DNA of 26,630 nt, from assembly GCA_965246715.1 (NCBI GenBank), contig CBDFFH010000003.1, forward strand, positions 1 to 26,630, read 5' to 3'. The position numbers and the translations under genes are program-made. Each line of letters opens with the position of its first letter. The stretch's first letter is position 1. The notes beneath the pieces were generated by a model, which was given only the letters and a program-made list of their open reading frames with translations, did no database searches and had not been told where the DNA came from. The stretch comes from Chamaesiphon sp. GTDB lineage: Bacteria > Cyanobacteriota > Cyanobacteriia > Cyanobacteriales > Chamaesiphonaceae. Below are positions 18,678 to 26,630 of this stretch, piece by piece.

Positions 18678-20339
18678 ATGGCTAACAGAGACTACTTCGA
18701 TGGTATGGATCTAGGTGTGGGTTACAATCCGCTCACTGGTGCGGCTTCCACTTCCTGGGTAGATTTTGGAGAACTGACAACAGCGGGTGGGCAAACTGGG
18801 CAAACGGCAGAGTTGCTATTCAAACGGGTGACTTCGAGCGCAGAACTGAGCAAGGTGTTGGGGATGGATGCCGAAGTCAACCTGAGTGCTTCCTGGTTTA
18901 AGATCGGCGGTTCTTTCAAAGCCAAGGCTTGCACTGAGTCGAGCCGAAAAATCAACGAGTATTCTACTTTCTCGGTGCTGTATGTGAAAGTACGGGGGAT
19001 GGCGCAAAATCTTCGCGATGTCGATCTCAAACCCCAGGCGATCGATTTCATTACTAATAAGGGGCTGGAGGCGTTTTTTCGACGAGCTGGTTATGAATAT
19101 ATATCTGGCATCATTCCTGGCGGTGAGTTCATCAGTACGATCGAGATTATTTCCAACGACATCGAAACCAAGGAAAAAATCGATGCTCACCTCAGTGCCC
19201 AAATCTCCTGTAGCACTGTAATTCCTAAGATTGGAGCGATAGACGCGAATGCCGAACTCAAATCTAAGTTTGCAGAGTTAGCTAAATACAATAACGTGCG
19301 GATTGAAGCGCGATGCTATCGCAAAGGCGGCGTGGGGGCAATTTCGACTACTCCCGAAGAAGCTCTGGAGTACGCTGTCAATTTTCCAGCTTCCGTGCAA
19401 CAGTCGGCGGATATCTTACAAGTTATTTGCAAGCCCTACCATGAATTAATATCTTTCCCTGACGAGTTTGACACGATCGCGGTAGAACGCCAACAACGGG
19501 TGTTGAGAAGCCTCTGGGATCGCTACCAGCAAGTCACCAAATCGATCGCGGATGTGGAATATATTCTCCAGTATCCGATCCAGTTTGATGGGGTGGAAGA
19601 AGGCATCCTCAGAGCGGGTAAACAACAGCTAGAACAGCAGTTAGACGAGATTGCCGATCGAGCGATGAATTATGCCAAGAATCCCACGCAGATTCGGGTT
19701 GAAGGTAGTGATTTTGCAACTATTCTACTATCCTTGCCACCCCGTAAAATCACGCCCCAGCCCGAACCGCCGCTTCAGACTGAAGATTCGATCGATGCAG
19801 TTGCGCTCGAATCCGCTCAAGGGATAGATTATCGCCAACTGCGGGATTTACTCAAAGCTGAAAAATGGCAAGAAGCAGACAAAGAGACACGAAAAGTAAT
19901 GCTCAAAGCTGTCAATCGAGAAAGTGAAGGCTTTGTGGATGTTGATAGCCTAAAAAAATTCCCATGTCAGGACTTGCGTACAATCGATCGTCTTTGGGAA
20001 ACTGCGAGTGTAACTGTCTCGGCGATCGATAATGAGGAAGCCCAACGAGCGATTCAAATCGTTCAAGGCTTAACTCGCTGTCTCAACGAAGGCGATATCT
20101 ACGCCGGACGCGTGACGCGAATTATTCCGATCGGTGCCTTCGTGGAGCTACTACCAGGTAAAGAAGGGATGATCCATATCTCCCAACTGGCCGATTATCG
20201 TATCGGGAAGGTTGAAGATGAAGTCGGCGTTGGCGATGAAGTGATCGTCAAAGTTCGTGAGATCGACAATAGAGGTCGCGTTAATCTGACTCGATTGGGC
20301 ATTCATCCCGATGAAGCTGCTGCGGCGCGACGAGGATAA
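18678..20339 (+). CDS. Chimeric protein: MACPF/CDC-like N-terminal domain + coiled coil + partial GUN4 domain + PNPase C-terminal (KH end/S1) segment
   Basis: [10 protein letters not shown] and [19 protein letters not shown] (MACPF-signature-like). GUN4 start [14 protein letters not shown]...WQEADKET...[13 protein letters not shown] (19803-19997). Then [37 protein letters not shown]...[16 protein letters not shown], which matches the cyanobacterial PNPase C-terminus as I recall it. Confidence 0.75.
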   Translation: MANRDYFDGMDLGVGYNPLTGAASTSWVDFGELTTAGGQTGQTAELLFKRVTSSAELSKVLGMDAEVNLSASWFKIGGSFKAKACTESSRKINEYSTFSVLYVKVRGMAQNLRDVDLKPQAIDFITNKGLEAFFRRAGYEYISGIIPGGEFISTIEIISNDIETKEKIDAHLSAQISCSTVIPKIGAIDANAELKSKFAELAKYNNVRIEARCYRKGGVGAISTTPEEALEYAVNFPASVQQSADILQVICKPYHELISFPDEFDTIAVERQQRVLRSLWDRYQQVTKSIADVEYILQYPIQFDGVEEGILRAGKQQLEQQLDEIADRAMNYAKNPTQIRVEGSDFATILLSLPPRKITPQPEPPLQTEDSIDAVALESAQGIDYRQLRDLLKAEKWQEADKETRKVMLKAVNRESEGFVDVDSLKKFPCQDLRTIDRLWETASVTVSAIDNEEAQRAIQIVQGLTRCLNEGDIYAGRVTRIIPIGAFVELLPGKEGMIHISQLADYRIGKVEDEVGVGDEVIVKVREIDNRGRVNLTRLGIHPDEAAAARRG

Positions 20340-20499
20340 CTCGATCGTCTCGATGTGTAGGTTGGGTATAACAAACATGAAACATAGTAGCTCAACCACC
20401 TTCATAGTCATCTTGCACGATCGTTTGAGATGTATCGATCTATGTCTATCCATAGCAAAGCGTCGAATCTGCCAAATCAATTGTTCGATTGCGAATAAC

Positions 20500-21045
20500 T
20501 GTAGCAACCTGCAATACTAAATCCTTGAGACCGCAATCATCGCTTTTTTGAGACCGAATTAACTGCAACTATAAGTGCAGTTGAGACCACATTAACTGCA
20601 ACTGAGACCGAATTAGTTGCAACTGAGACTGCAATCATCCAGTTGAGACCACATTAACTGCAACTATAAACTTAATAATTTAGATCGAGTCTCAGACTCA
20701 GATTCACCATCCGATCGACCTGCTAAGTTAATAAACTGGTTGCCATCGATCGAATCTTGACTTAGATAAAATTACCGAGTTGTTTGCCCTGCGAAATGGC
20801 GGCTGAACGCTTTGTATCAACTTAATTGGCAGCAGTAAAGAAAACGGACGTTTTCTTTACTGCTGCCCGCCCCAATTTATAGTTGCAGTTAATTCGGTCT
20901 CAAATTTAGTATTGCGGGCTGGTTGCATTTAATTCGGTCTCAGTTGCAGTTAATTCGGTCTCAAGCGACCGGATAGTTGCAGTTAATGTGGTCTCAAAAT
21001 TGCGATGATTGCAGTCCTGAGCGATTAGTATTGCAGGTCGCTACA
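20500..21045. mobile_element. Non-autonomous mini-transposon-like element with ~172-bp inverted arms and TGT...ACA termini
   Basis: Ends TGTAGCAACCTGCAATACTAA and TTAGTATTGCAGGTCGCTACA (1 mismatch). Each arm has four TGAGACC(GA/AC)ATTAACTGCAACT-like repeats at equivalent positions. Confidence 0.65.
20828..20867. terminator. Perfect 18-bp stem hairpin in the core of the mini-element
   Basis: GGCAGCAGTAAAGAAAAC-GGAC-GTTTTCTTTACTGCTGCC. Confidence 0.5.
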
Positions 21046-21046
21046 G

Positions 21047-21074
21047 GTAGGGGCAATTCATGAATTGCCCCTAC
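21047..21074 (+). repeat. GTAG-family REP-like palindrome
   Basis: GTAGGGGCAATTCATGAATTGCCCCTAC is a perfect palindrome. Confidence 0.7.
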
Positions 21075-21138
21075 CGAGGGTTTCAACGATCGCCTAATCG
21101 GTAAATCATACACAAAATCAGCAACGCCGGAAATTTGT

Positions 21139-22146
21139 CTAAACCAAATCTGCCAACTTACTAGAAACCTTCCCCTGCACATTTTTCCGGCGGTCGTCAT
21201 AGATCGTCAAAGTTTCCAACTTCGCATGACCGCTCAACAACCTCGCATCCCGCACATTACCATCACTCAAATCCAAATAAGCCGTAATCGAACTATGTCT
21301 GACTCGATGCGGCGACATTCTTTTCTCAACATCAGCCCCCTGCGCCAATCGCTCCACCAAATAACCCAAACTTCGCCCCGATAACCGCTTGCCATAAGAA
21401 CGATTATCCAAAGCAATAAATAAAGGCTCACTCGGTTTTCCAGCCCTGACGAGCGACCATTCATTTAAAGCAGCTCTGGTTTTTACAGCCAAATCGATCG
21501 CAATTTTTTGAATCTTTCCCTTCCGCATAATCCATAACTTATCTGACTGAAAATCCTCAGTATTTAGAGCCGTAACTTCACTTCTTCGCAGCGCATTATC
21601 CCACAACAATCGCATAATGGCATAATCCCGCTTACCCCCAATTGTCTCGCGATCGATCGCCTCAATCATCACTCGATAAACATCCGGCTCCACCCCAGAA
21701 GTATCCCGATACACCTCCACCTTTAAACTCGCCACATCCTCCAAACTAAACGCACACTGACTTAATTTCCGCGCATGATTGACCAATGATTTAATCGCCG
21801 CCAATCGCGTATTAATCGTATTTGGCGATAGATTCAGATCTAACAATCGCGCTCGATAACTCAATACCACCGCAATCGCCTGTTCGCTGGGTAAATTCAA
21901 AAATTCGCGAATCTGGTGAGGGTTCACCTTAACTCCCGTCATCTGCACAAAAAAGTCATTCAGAGCCGAAGCGTAAGTCCGTTTGGTATGTTCGGAAATC
22001 TGAAGTTTGAGAAATTCCGCCCAAATATTATCGTCAGCCACCAACGATCTGGCAATCGAGCCGATTGTCGATTTTGTAGTGTCCTGAAGTGAAGCTCCCT
22101 CTGGATCGATCGGTAAGTTAACGAGTGCAAAATTACTATCGGTCAC
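21139..22146 (-). CDS. XerC-like tyrosine recombinase (plasmid multimer resolvase type)
   Basis: SAM-like domain (SEHTKRTY, SPNTINTRLAAIKS); catalytic motifs RD.AI...ALRRSEV, RKGK, HRVRHS and GHAKLETLTIYD. Confidence 0.93.
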   Translation of the reverse strand: MTDSNFALVNLPIDPEGASLQDTTKSTIGSIARSLVADDNIWAEFLKLQISEHTKRTYASALNDFFVQMTGVKVNPHQIREFLNLPSEQAIAVVLSYRARLLDLNLSPNTINTRLAAIKSLVNHARKLSQCAFSLEDVASLKVEVYRDTSGVEPDVYRVMIEAIDRETIGGKRDYAIMRLLWDNALRRSEVTALNTEDFQSDKLWIMRKGKIQKIAIDLAVKTRAALNEWSLVRAGKPSEPLFIALDNRSYGKRLSGRSLGYLVERLAQGADVEKRMSPHRVRHSSITAYLDLSDGNVRDARLLSGHAKLETLTIYDDRRKNVQGKVSSKLADLV

Positions 22147-22211
22147 GTTCGATTACCTCTGTCTGAATTAAAGAGTTCAAAACTACTATCGAATGCCACT
22201 GCCCAGGTTGT

Positions 22212-22339
22212 GATTCCGAAAATAGCCATTATCAGAACCAAAATCATCTGGGACTATTTTCGCAGATTTCTTGCCCCCATTACCGATCGTCGATAATCTC
22301 GTTTCCAATCGAGCTACCTATAAAGGTAACTATCGGAAC
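22212..22339. promoter_or_regulatory. Two dif-like 9-6-9 recombinase binding sites (candidate resolution site)
   Basis: TTCCGAAAA-TAGCCA-TTATCAGAA (22214-22237) and TACCTATAA-AGGTAA-CTATCGGAA (22315-22338), immediately upstream of the recombinase gene. Confidence 0.5.
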
Positions 22340-22405
22340 TTGAATTTATGCCACCATCGCTGTAAATAATTACCAACTTCACACTTTACTTCACAATATC
22401 GATCT

Positions 22406-23293
22406 ATGATTGGAAGTAGGGAACGATCTAAATATCCCTTTCGCTCTAGTCAGTCCTCCATGTCGGCGCAAGTCCCCACAGGCACGTTCACAGTGACTAA
22501 TCTCAATCCCCTCACCGCCACACCACCGATCGAGGTGCCATTAAAAAATGCGCCCCTGGTCAGAGCGATCGCCCAAGTCCGGTTTCCACCGATTCTATCG
22601 ATCGAGCAACAGGAGTTTGTCGGTTCCTTCCAAGAGGCAATTCGCGAAAAATACCCGATTTTACAGCCCGTCCAAACCCCTGGTCTACTATTTAACCCTG
22701 AAGGTGCGATGCTTGCGCCTACACCTCAAACCATTTGGTGCTTTTGGAGTGCAGATCGAACTTGGCGGATTTCCTTAGCAAGCAGTACCGTGGCGATCGA
22801 AACGACTAAATATACCAGTCGCAGTGACTTCCTAGGACGCTTAGAAAGTTTGCTCGCGACCCTCGATCGCTGCTTTCACCCGTCACAGATCGAGCGGTTT
22901 GGATTGCGCTATATCGACCGAGTAGTGGGTCGAGAGTTGCAAGATATATCCCTACTGATTAGACCGGAAATGGCTGGCATTGTCTCTAGCGAACTTCAAG
23001 CATACATCCATCAAGTTTTGCACGAGTCACTATTTATCTTGCCGTCGGGAGCGGGACAGATCGCGGCGCGATGGGGTACGATTCCTGCCAATGAAACTTA
23101 TGACCCCTATGAAATCGAGGCTATTGGCGAACGGAGTTGGCTGCTCGATTTAGATATATCAACGGTGAAAGAGCAGGAATTTAAGGTTGAATCCCTGATG
23201 CAACAAGCGCACAATTTTACCGAGCGACTTTATACCTTCTTTCGCTGGGTGGTAAATGATGAATTTCTCAGACGCTATGGGGGTGAAGTATGA
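22406..23293 (+). CDS. TIGR04255 family protein (the real start may be the GTG at ~22493)
   Basis: LKNAPLVRAIAQVRFPPI, YTSRSDF, IERFGLRYIDR, WLLDLD and FFRW motifs. Confidence 0.8.
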   Translation: MIGSRERSKYPFRSSQSSMSAQVPTGTFTVTNLNPLTATPPIEVPLKNAPLVRAIAQVRFPPILSIEQQEFVGSFQEAIREKYPILQPVQTPGLLFNPEGAMLAPTPQTIWCFWSADRTWRISLASSTVAIETTKYTSRSDFLGRLESLLATLDRCFHPSQIERFGLRYIDRVVGRELQDISLLIRPEMAGIVSSELQAYIHQVLHESLFILPSGAGQIAARWGTIPANETYDPYEIEAIGERSWLLDLDISTVKEQEFKVESLMQQAHNFTERLYTFFRWVVNDEFLRRYGGEV

Positions 23294-23898
23294 GTACTCT
23301 TTTAGACAAAACGACAGTAATTCGGGACACTGGCTATCGCTATTGGTTAGCTCCCCTCAAGATGACGACTAGTGGGGTCAAACTACCCACGACGATCTCG
23401 CCAACACAACCCGCAACTCCACCAGTCCGATTACCACAGCAAGCAGTTAATGAATTAAGAAAGTTGAGTGGGTTAACTTGGGAGCAACTGGCTTGTCTGT
23501 TTGATGTTTCCCGCCGCAGCGTGCATTTCTGGGCGAGTGGGCAGCCGCTAGCTGTAGCCCATGAGGAAAAGTTGAATCGAATTTTAGACGCGGTGCAGTA
23601 TATCTCGCTAGGTAGCGCGAGTCTCAATCGCAGTCTGTTAATGGGACTTGGTAAGGACGGTAGATCTTACCTAGAACTACTAGCAGCGGGGGAATATGCG
23701 GCAGTCAAACGGCTGCTCGGTGTTGGCAATGCACACACCAAACCGCAATTAGCACCATTAGCTCCAGCAGCGGACATAACGCTCGTGCTACCCAATCCAG
23801 CGGATCTGGTGGATGCCCTGCAAGATCCGATCCATCGCGAGGTTGGCAAGTCAAAATCGGCAAAAAGTGTGAGGAGTCGAAAGCCAAGTGACGATTAA
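23290..23898 (+). CDS. XRE-type HTH protein (candidate antitoxin or regulator)
   Basis: ELRKLSGLTWEQLACLFDVSRRSVHFWASG helix-turn-helix; ATGA overlap with the upstream gene. Confidence 0.8.
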   Translation: MSTLLDKTTVIRDTGYRYWLAPLKMTTSGVKLPTTISPTQPATPPVRLPQQAVNELRKLSGLTWEQLACLFDVSRRSVHFWASGQPLAVAHEEKLNRILDAVQYISLGSASLNRSLLMGLGKDGRSYLELLAAGEYAAVKRLLGVGNAHTKPQLAPLAPAADITLVLPNPADLVDALQDPIHREVGKSKSAKSVRSRKPSDD

Positions 23899-24742
23899 CG
23901 AACCTAACAGTTGGATTCCAGATACCGATGCCGCTTTAGAACAGTGGTCTCAAGGGGATTGTACGATGGGAGCAGATTGTTGGTTCGTGACTCGCTTCGA
24001 TCCGCAACGTCCGCTAACACCCGATGCGGCGGACGTTGTAGCTATATCCGCCGAAGCTGACTTAACCGAATCCTCAGTCAGCGGTTTTGTGGTGGTTACG
24101 CAAACCTGCGATCTCGTCCGCTCTTGTGCGGAACGTCCCTTCGTTGAGGTCGCTCCGTTGGTCGCAGTTGACGACCAGTATTTACAAGAGATCCAACGCC
24201 TGAAAAGACCTCGCTATGCCTATATTGCTGGAGTTGCCGAATTTAATCTCGTAGCGGATTTAGATCGGGTGATGACGGTCGAAAAGGCTGTTGTCGCCAG
24301 ATGGGAAAGAATATCTGGCTGTCGAAGCGATGCGGATACTCGATTGCTGGGAGAAGCATTAGCCCGAAAACGCAGTCGATTTGCTTTCCCCGATGACTTT
24401 AATGAGTTCGCTAAAGATCTGCAAAAGCGAATGCAGAAGCGGCATGATAAAGCTGATGATGATGGTGTGGGTTTACGCGCCCTCCGTGAAATTAGAGTAC
24501 GAGCCGCACCAGCTTGGGATGCGGAGCAAGTAGAACTCATGTTTTGGTTCATCCGCGCCGAGGCAGATGTTCGCTTTAAAAATAAAGCATGGGATGAATT
24601 ACTAGGTGAGTGGCTGAAATTACTGCCGCCATCTGGTCGGTTTAGTTCGGTAGATGGAGCGGTAGTATCGCTAGACGATATGACAGCTCAGGAATATCTG
24701 CAAAGCGACCGACTCGATCTCGATCGTCTCTCTTCACATTGA
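23888..24742 (+). CDS. Conserved hypothetical 'QGD...VVVTQTCDL' protein (candidate toxin)
   Basis: WSQGD, VVVTQTCDLVR, VEVAPL and RKRSRFAFPDDF motifs; 11-nt overlap with the upstream gene. Confidence 0.7.
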   Translation: MTINEPNSWIPDTDAALEQWSQGDCTMGADCWFVTRFDPQRPLTPDAADVVAISAEADLTESSVSGFVVVTQTCDLVRSCAERPFVEVAPLVAVDDQYLQEIQRLKRPRYAYIAGVAEFNLVADLDRVMTVEKAVVARWERISGCRSDADTRLLGEALARKRSRFAFPDDFNEFAKDLQKRMQKRHDKADDDGVGLRALREIRVRAAPAWDAEQVELMFWFIRAEADVRFKNKAWDELLGEWLKLLPPSGRFSSVDGAVVSLDDMTAQEYLQSDRLDLDRLSSH

Positions 24743-24764
24743 TCTTCTCCTGAATTATCTTCCT

Positions 24765-24868
24765 TAAACATCTAAGCATCTAAACATCTAAACATTTATA
24801 TGTTTAGATGTTTAGATGTTTTAAGCAGTCATCTATTATAGGCATCTAAATGTTTAAGCGTTTAAATG
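24765..24868. repeat. 8-bp TAA(A/G)CAT(C/T) direct and inverted repeats: par centromere/operator 1
   Basis: TAAACATC TAAGCATC TAAACATC TAAACATT followed by inverted (G)ATGTTTA copies upstream of parA. Confidence 0.75.
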
Positions 24869-24898
24869 ATATAATCAGCTCGGTATCTATAGTTAAAA

Positions 24899-25495
24899 TT
24901 GATGATCGTTACTGTTGCCTCATTCAAAGGAGGCGTGGGCAAAACGACAACTGCCCTCCACTTGGCGGCGTACTGCCAGACATTAGCCCCAACATTACTA
25001 GTTGATGGAGATCTCAATCGCTCGGCATTAGACTGGGCAAAACGCGGACATCTCCCATTTAAAGTGGTCGATGAAAAAGCTGCTGTTAAATTCGTCCGCA
25101 ACTACGAGCATATAATTGTGGACACCCCCGCCCGTCCAAATCTAGAGGAGCTAAAAACGATCGCGACTGGTTGCGACTTACTCGTGCTGCCAACTTCCCC
25201 AGATGCGCTGGCGATGGGGGCACTGCTGCAAGTCTTAACTGCACTCAAAACACTAGAGACAAATTACAAGATTCTGCTGACGATCGTGCCACCACCTCCC
25301 AGCCGCACTGGAATTGAGGCTAGAGAATCGCTCATCGCTGCCAACCTACCCGTTTTCAAGGCTAGTATCCGGCGATTTAGCGTGTTTCAACGAGCGGCTT
25401 TAGAAGGGGTATCGGTCAACCAAGTTAAAAACGATTCCAAATCAGGAATCGCATGGCGGTGTTATTCAATGGTTGGTGAGGAGATGATGTCATGA
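24899..25495 (+). CDS. parA: ParA partition ATPase (short, type Ib)
   Basis: FKGGVGKTT deviant Walker A, LLVDGD and IIVDTP; no N-terminal HTH. Confidence 0.92.
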   Translation: MMIVTVASFKGGVGKTTTALHLAAYCQTLAPTLLVDGDLNRSALDWAKRGHLPFKVVDEKAAVKFVRNYEHIIVDTPARPNLEELKTIATGCDLLVLPTSPDALAMGALLQVLTALKTLETNYKILLTIVPPPPSRTGIEARESLIAANLPVFKASIRRFSVFQRAALEGVSVNQVKNDSKSGIAWRCYSMVGEEMMS

Positions 25496-25773
25496 GCAAG
25501 AAAAATGGTAGCAGATTCGATACTTTATTTAGTGAAGCTGGAGCTAGTCGGACTGACTTATCAGAAAATGAAACAGAGGAAGTTTTAGAGCTTGGGGCAA
25601 AAACTCCATCCTCTAAACAAACTACCAAGAGTACCGATCCTGACTATATTCGCGCCACTATTTACCTCCCTAAAGAGATGCACAGACAAATTAAGGTAGC
25701 AGCGATTGTTGAAGAGCGAGAGATGAGCGATATTGTCGCTGAGGCAATCAGTCGATATTTTTCAGGCATCTAA
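25492..25773 (+). CDS. Small ribbon-helix-helix centromere-binding protein (ParG/CopG-like)
   Basis: Overlaps the parA stop; disordered N-terminus; C-terminal RATIYLPKEMHRQIK...MSDIVAEAISRY RHH pattern. Confidence 0.8.
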   Translation: MSKKNGSRFDTLFSEAGASRTDLSENETEEVLELGAKTPSSKQTTKSTDPDYIRATIYLPKEMHRQIKVAAIVEEREMSDIVAEAISRYFSGI

Positions 25774-25820
25774 GCATTTAAACATTTAAGCATCTAAATA
25801 TTTAGATGCTTAAATGTCTA
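25765..25820. repeat. 8-bp repeat array: par centromere 2
   Basis: GGCATC TAAGCATT TAAACATT TAAGCATC TAAATATT TAGATGCT TAAATGTC is the same unit as the array upstream of parA. Confidence 0.72.
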
Positions 25821-25828
25821 TTGGTACT

Positions 25829-25885
25829 GGTTATGGTGGTTATAGTGGCTATGGTGGTTATAGTGGCTATGGTGGCTATAGTGGT
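25829..25885. repeat. 9-bp tandem repeat GG(T/C)TAT(G/A)GT x6
   Basis: GGTTATGGT GGTTATAGT GGCTATGGT GGTTATAGT GGCTATGGT GGCTATAGT GGT. Confidence 0.85.
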
Positions 25886-26502
25886 CTTCACTATTGTGGG
25901 CAATAGGATCTTTATAAATTTGCAAAGATGACTCTCAACCCAATTTATATAAAAATTGCGGATAGAGCAAAATTCTCAATCACAACTCCCGATGCTGCTT
26001 AGCATAGACACTAGAGAGTTAAACATTATGTTTAACAGAATGTTTTTTTGCCTTTTAGCTGATTTAGATTATAATAGTGAGAATAATTTTTGCTGCTCAA
26101 TAATCAATTAAAAATCGATTAAATGAAACAATTTATTCTCAAAATAAATTAATGCAAAATAGATTAAAGATACACATAAAAATAGCCGCCTAGTTACCTA
26201 GAGCGACATTGAGGAATTGAATAATTAATTTTAATACGCTTGTTTCGCCTGCTTCAACAGGTTGAGAAACAAAAAAGATCGAGACCAAAAGTAACTCGAT
26301 CTTAGCGAAAATGAAGCTAACTGTCCATCCCCCAATCAGCTCAATTTAACGATCGAATCTGGATATTTTTGCTCAAATCGTTACTACAGCTATGTTTGAC
26401 CTATTTTTGTCAAGCCCAGCGTACTAGCGATCTTGTAGCTATTTATGTAGTTTTATGATTTTTATGTAACTAGACGGCTCCTACCCACCATCAGGAGCCA
26501 TC

Positions 26503-26630
26503 ATGACCGCATTAATTAACACATTGTCCGCATTGCCTGAAGCTTGGGTATTGACTCCAGTTAATGGTAAAAAAGCCCCATATACCAACGACTGGCAAAG
26601 AATTTCGGTTACTCGTGAGGCGATCGCCTC
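26503..26630 (+). CDS. N-terminal fragment of the Rep primase-polymerase (continues at the window start)
   Basis: AGGAG RBS; MTALINTLSALPEAWVLTPVNGKKAPYTNDWQRISVTREAIA is open to the window end. W.LTPV.GKK.P...DWQ is the usual Prim-Pol N-terminal motif. Confidence 0.8.
   Translation, partial: MTALINTLSALPEAWVLTPVNGKKAPYTNDWQRISVTREAIA

Noticed and set aside
18678..19460. Bacterial gasdermin
   Set aside because: It lacks the N-terminal Cys and typical bGSDM start, and the motifs fit MACPF/CDC-like proteins better. This still needs a structural check.
20010..20339. A genuine pnp gene or a chromosomal integration site
   Set aside because: Only the final ~110 codons are present, in frame within another protein; the RNase PH domains are absent.
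20526..21020. CRISPR array
   Set aside because: The repeats are abutting or separated by at most ~20 nt, there are no unique 30-40 nt spacers, the two arrays are inverted, and no cas genes are present.
1..26630. Abundant CGATCG/GCGATCGC palindromes as a novel repeat
   Set aside because: This is the known cyanobacterial HIP1-type over-representation; it was used only as host evidence.

Overview
The window looks like an almost complete ~26.6 kb mobilisable cyanobacterial plasmid (very frequent CGATCG/GCGATCGC HIP1-type words, a cyanobacterial-type IS5, GUN4 and PNPase-like sequences). It is linearised inside the 5' end of its replication gene: 26503..26630 appears to be the N-terminus of the ORF that continues at 1..3104. 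The backbone comprises a primase-polymerase/PriCT/DUF927-type Rep carrying an embedded GTGAGTCAG repeat array, a MOBV (Mob/Pre) relaxase with a candidate oriT and a divergent three-gene mobilisation-accessory operon, a XerC-like tyrosine recombinase with dif-like sites, and a ParA plus small RHH partition cassette with 8-bp repeats. The cargo comprises (i) a leftward operon ending in a TPR-CHAT caspase-like protease, (ii) a cluster of small secreted or membrane ORFs with a decayed duplicate, a MITE and an IS5 remnant, (iii) a rightward operon ending in a chimeric MACPF-like/GUN4-fragment/PNPase-S1 protein, which shares a promoter-like element with the CHAT operon, (iv) a 546-bp gene-less TGT...ACA element with ~172-bp symmetric repeat-rich arms, and (v) a tightly coupled TIGR04255-HTH-'TQTCDL' three-gene cassette that may be a defence or toxin-antitoxin system. 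All family calls come from motif recognition by eye; no database searches were run.
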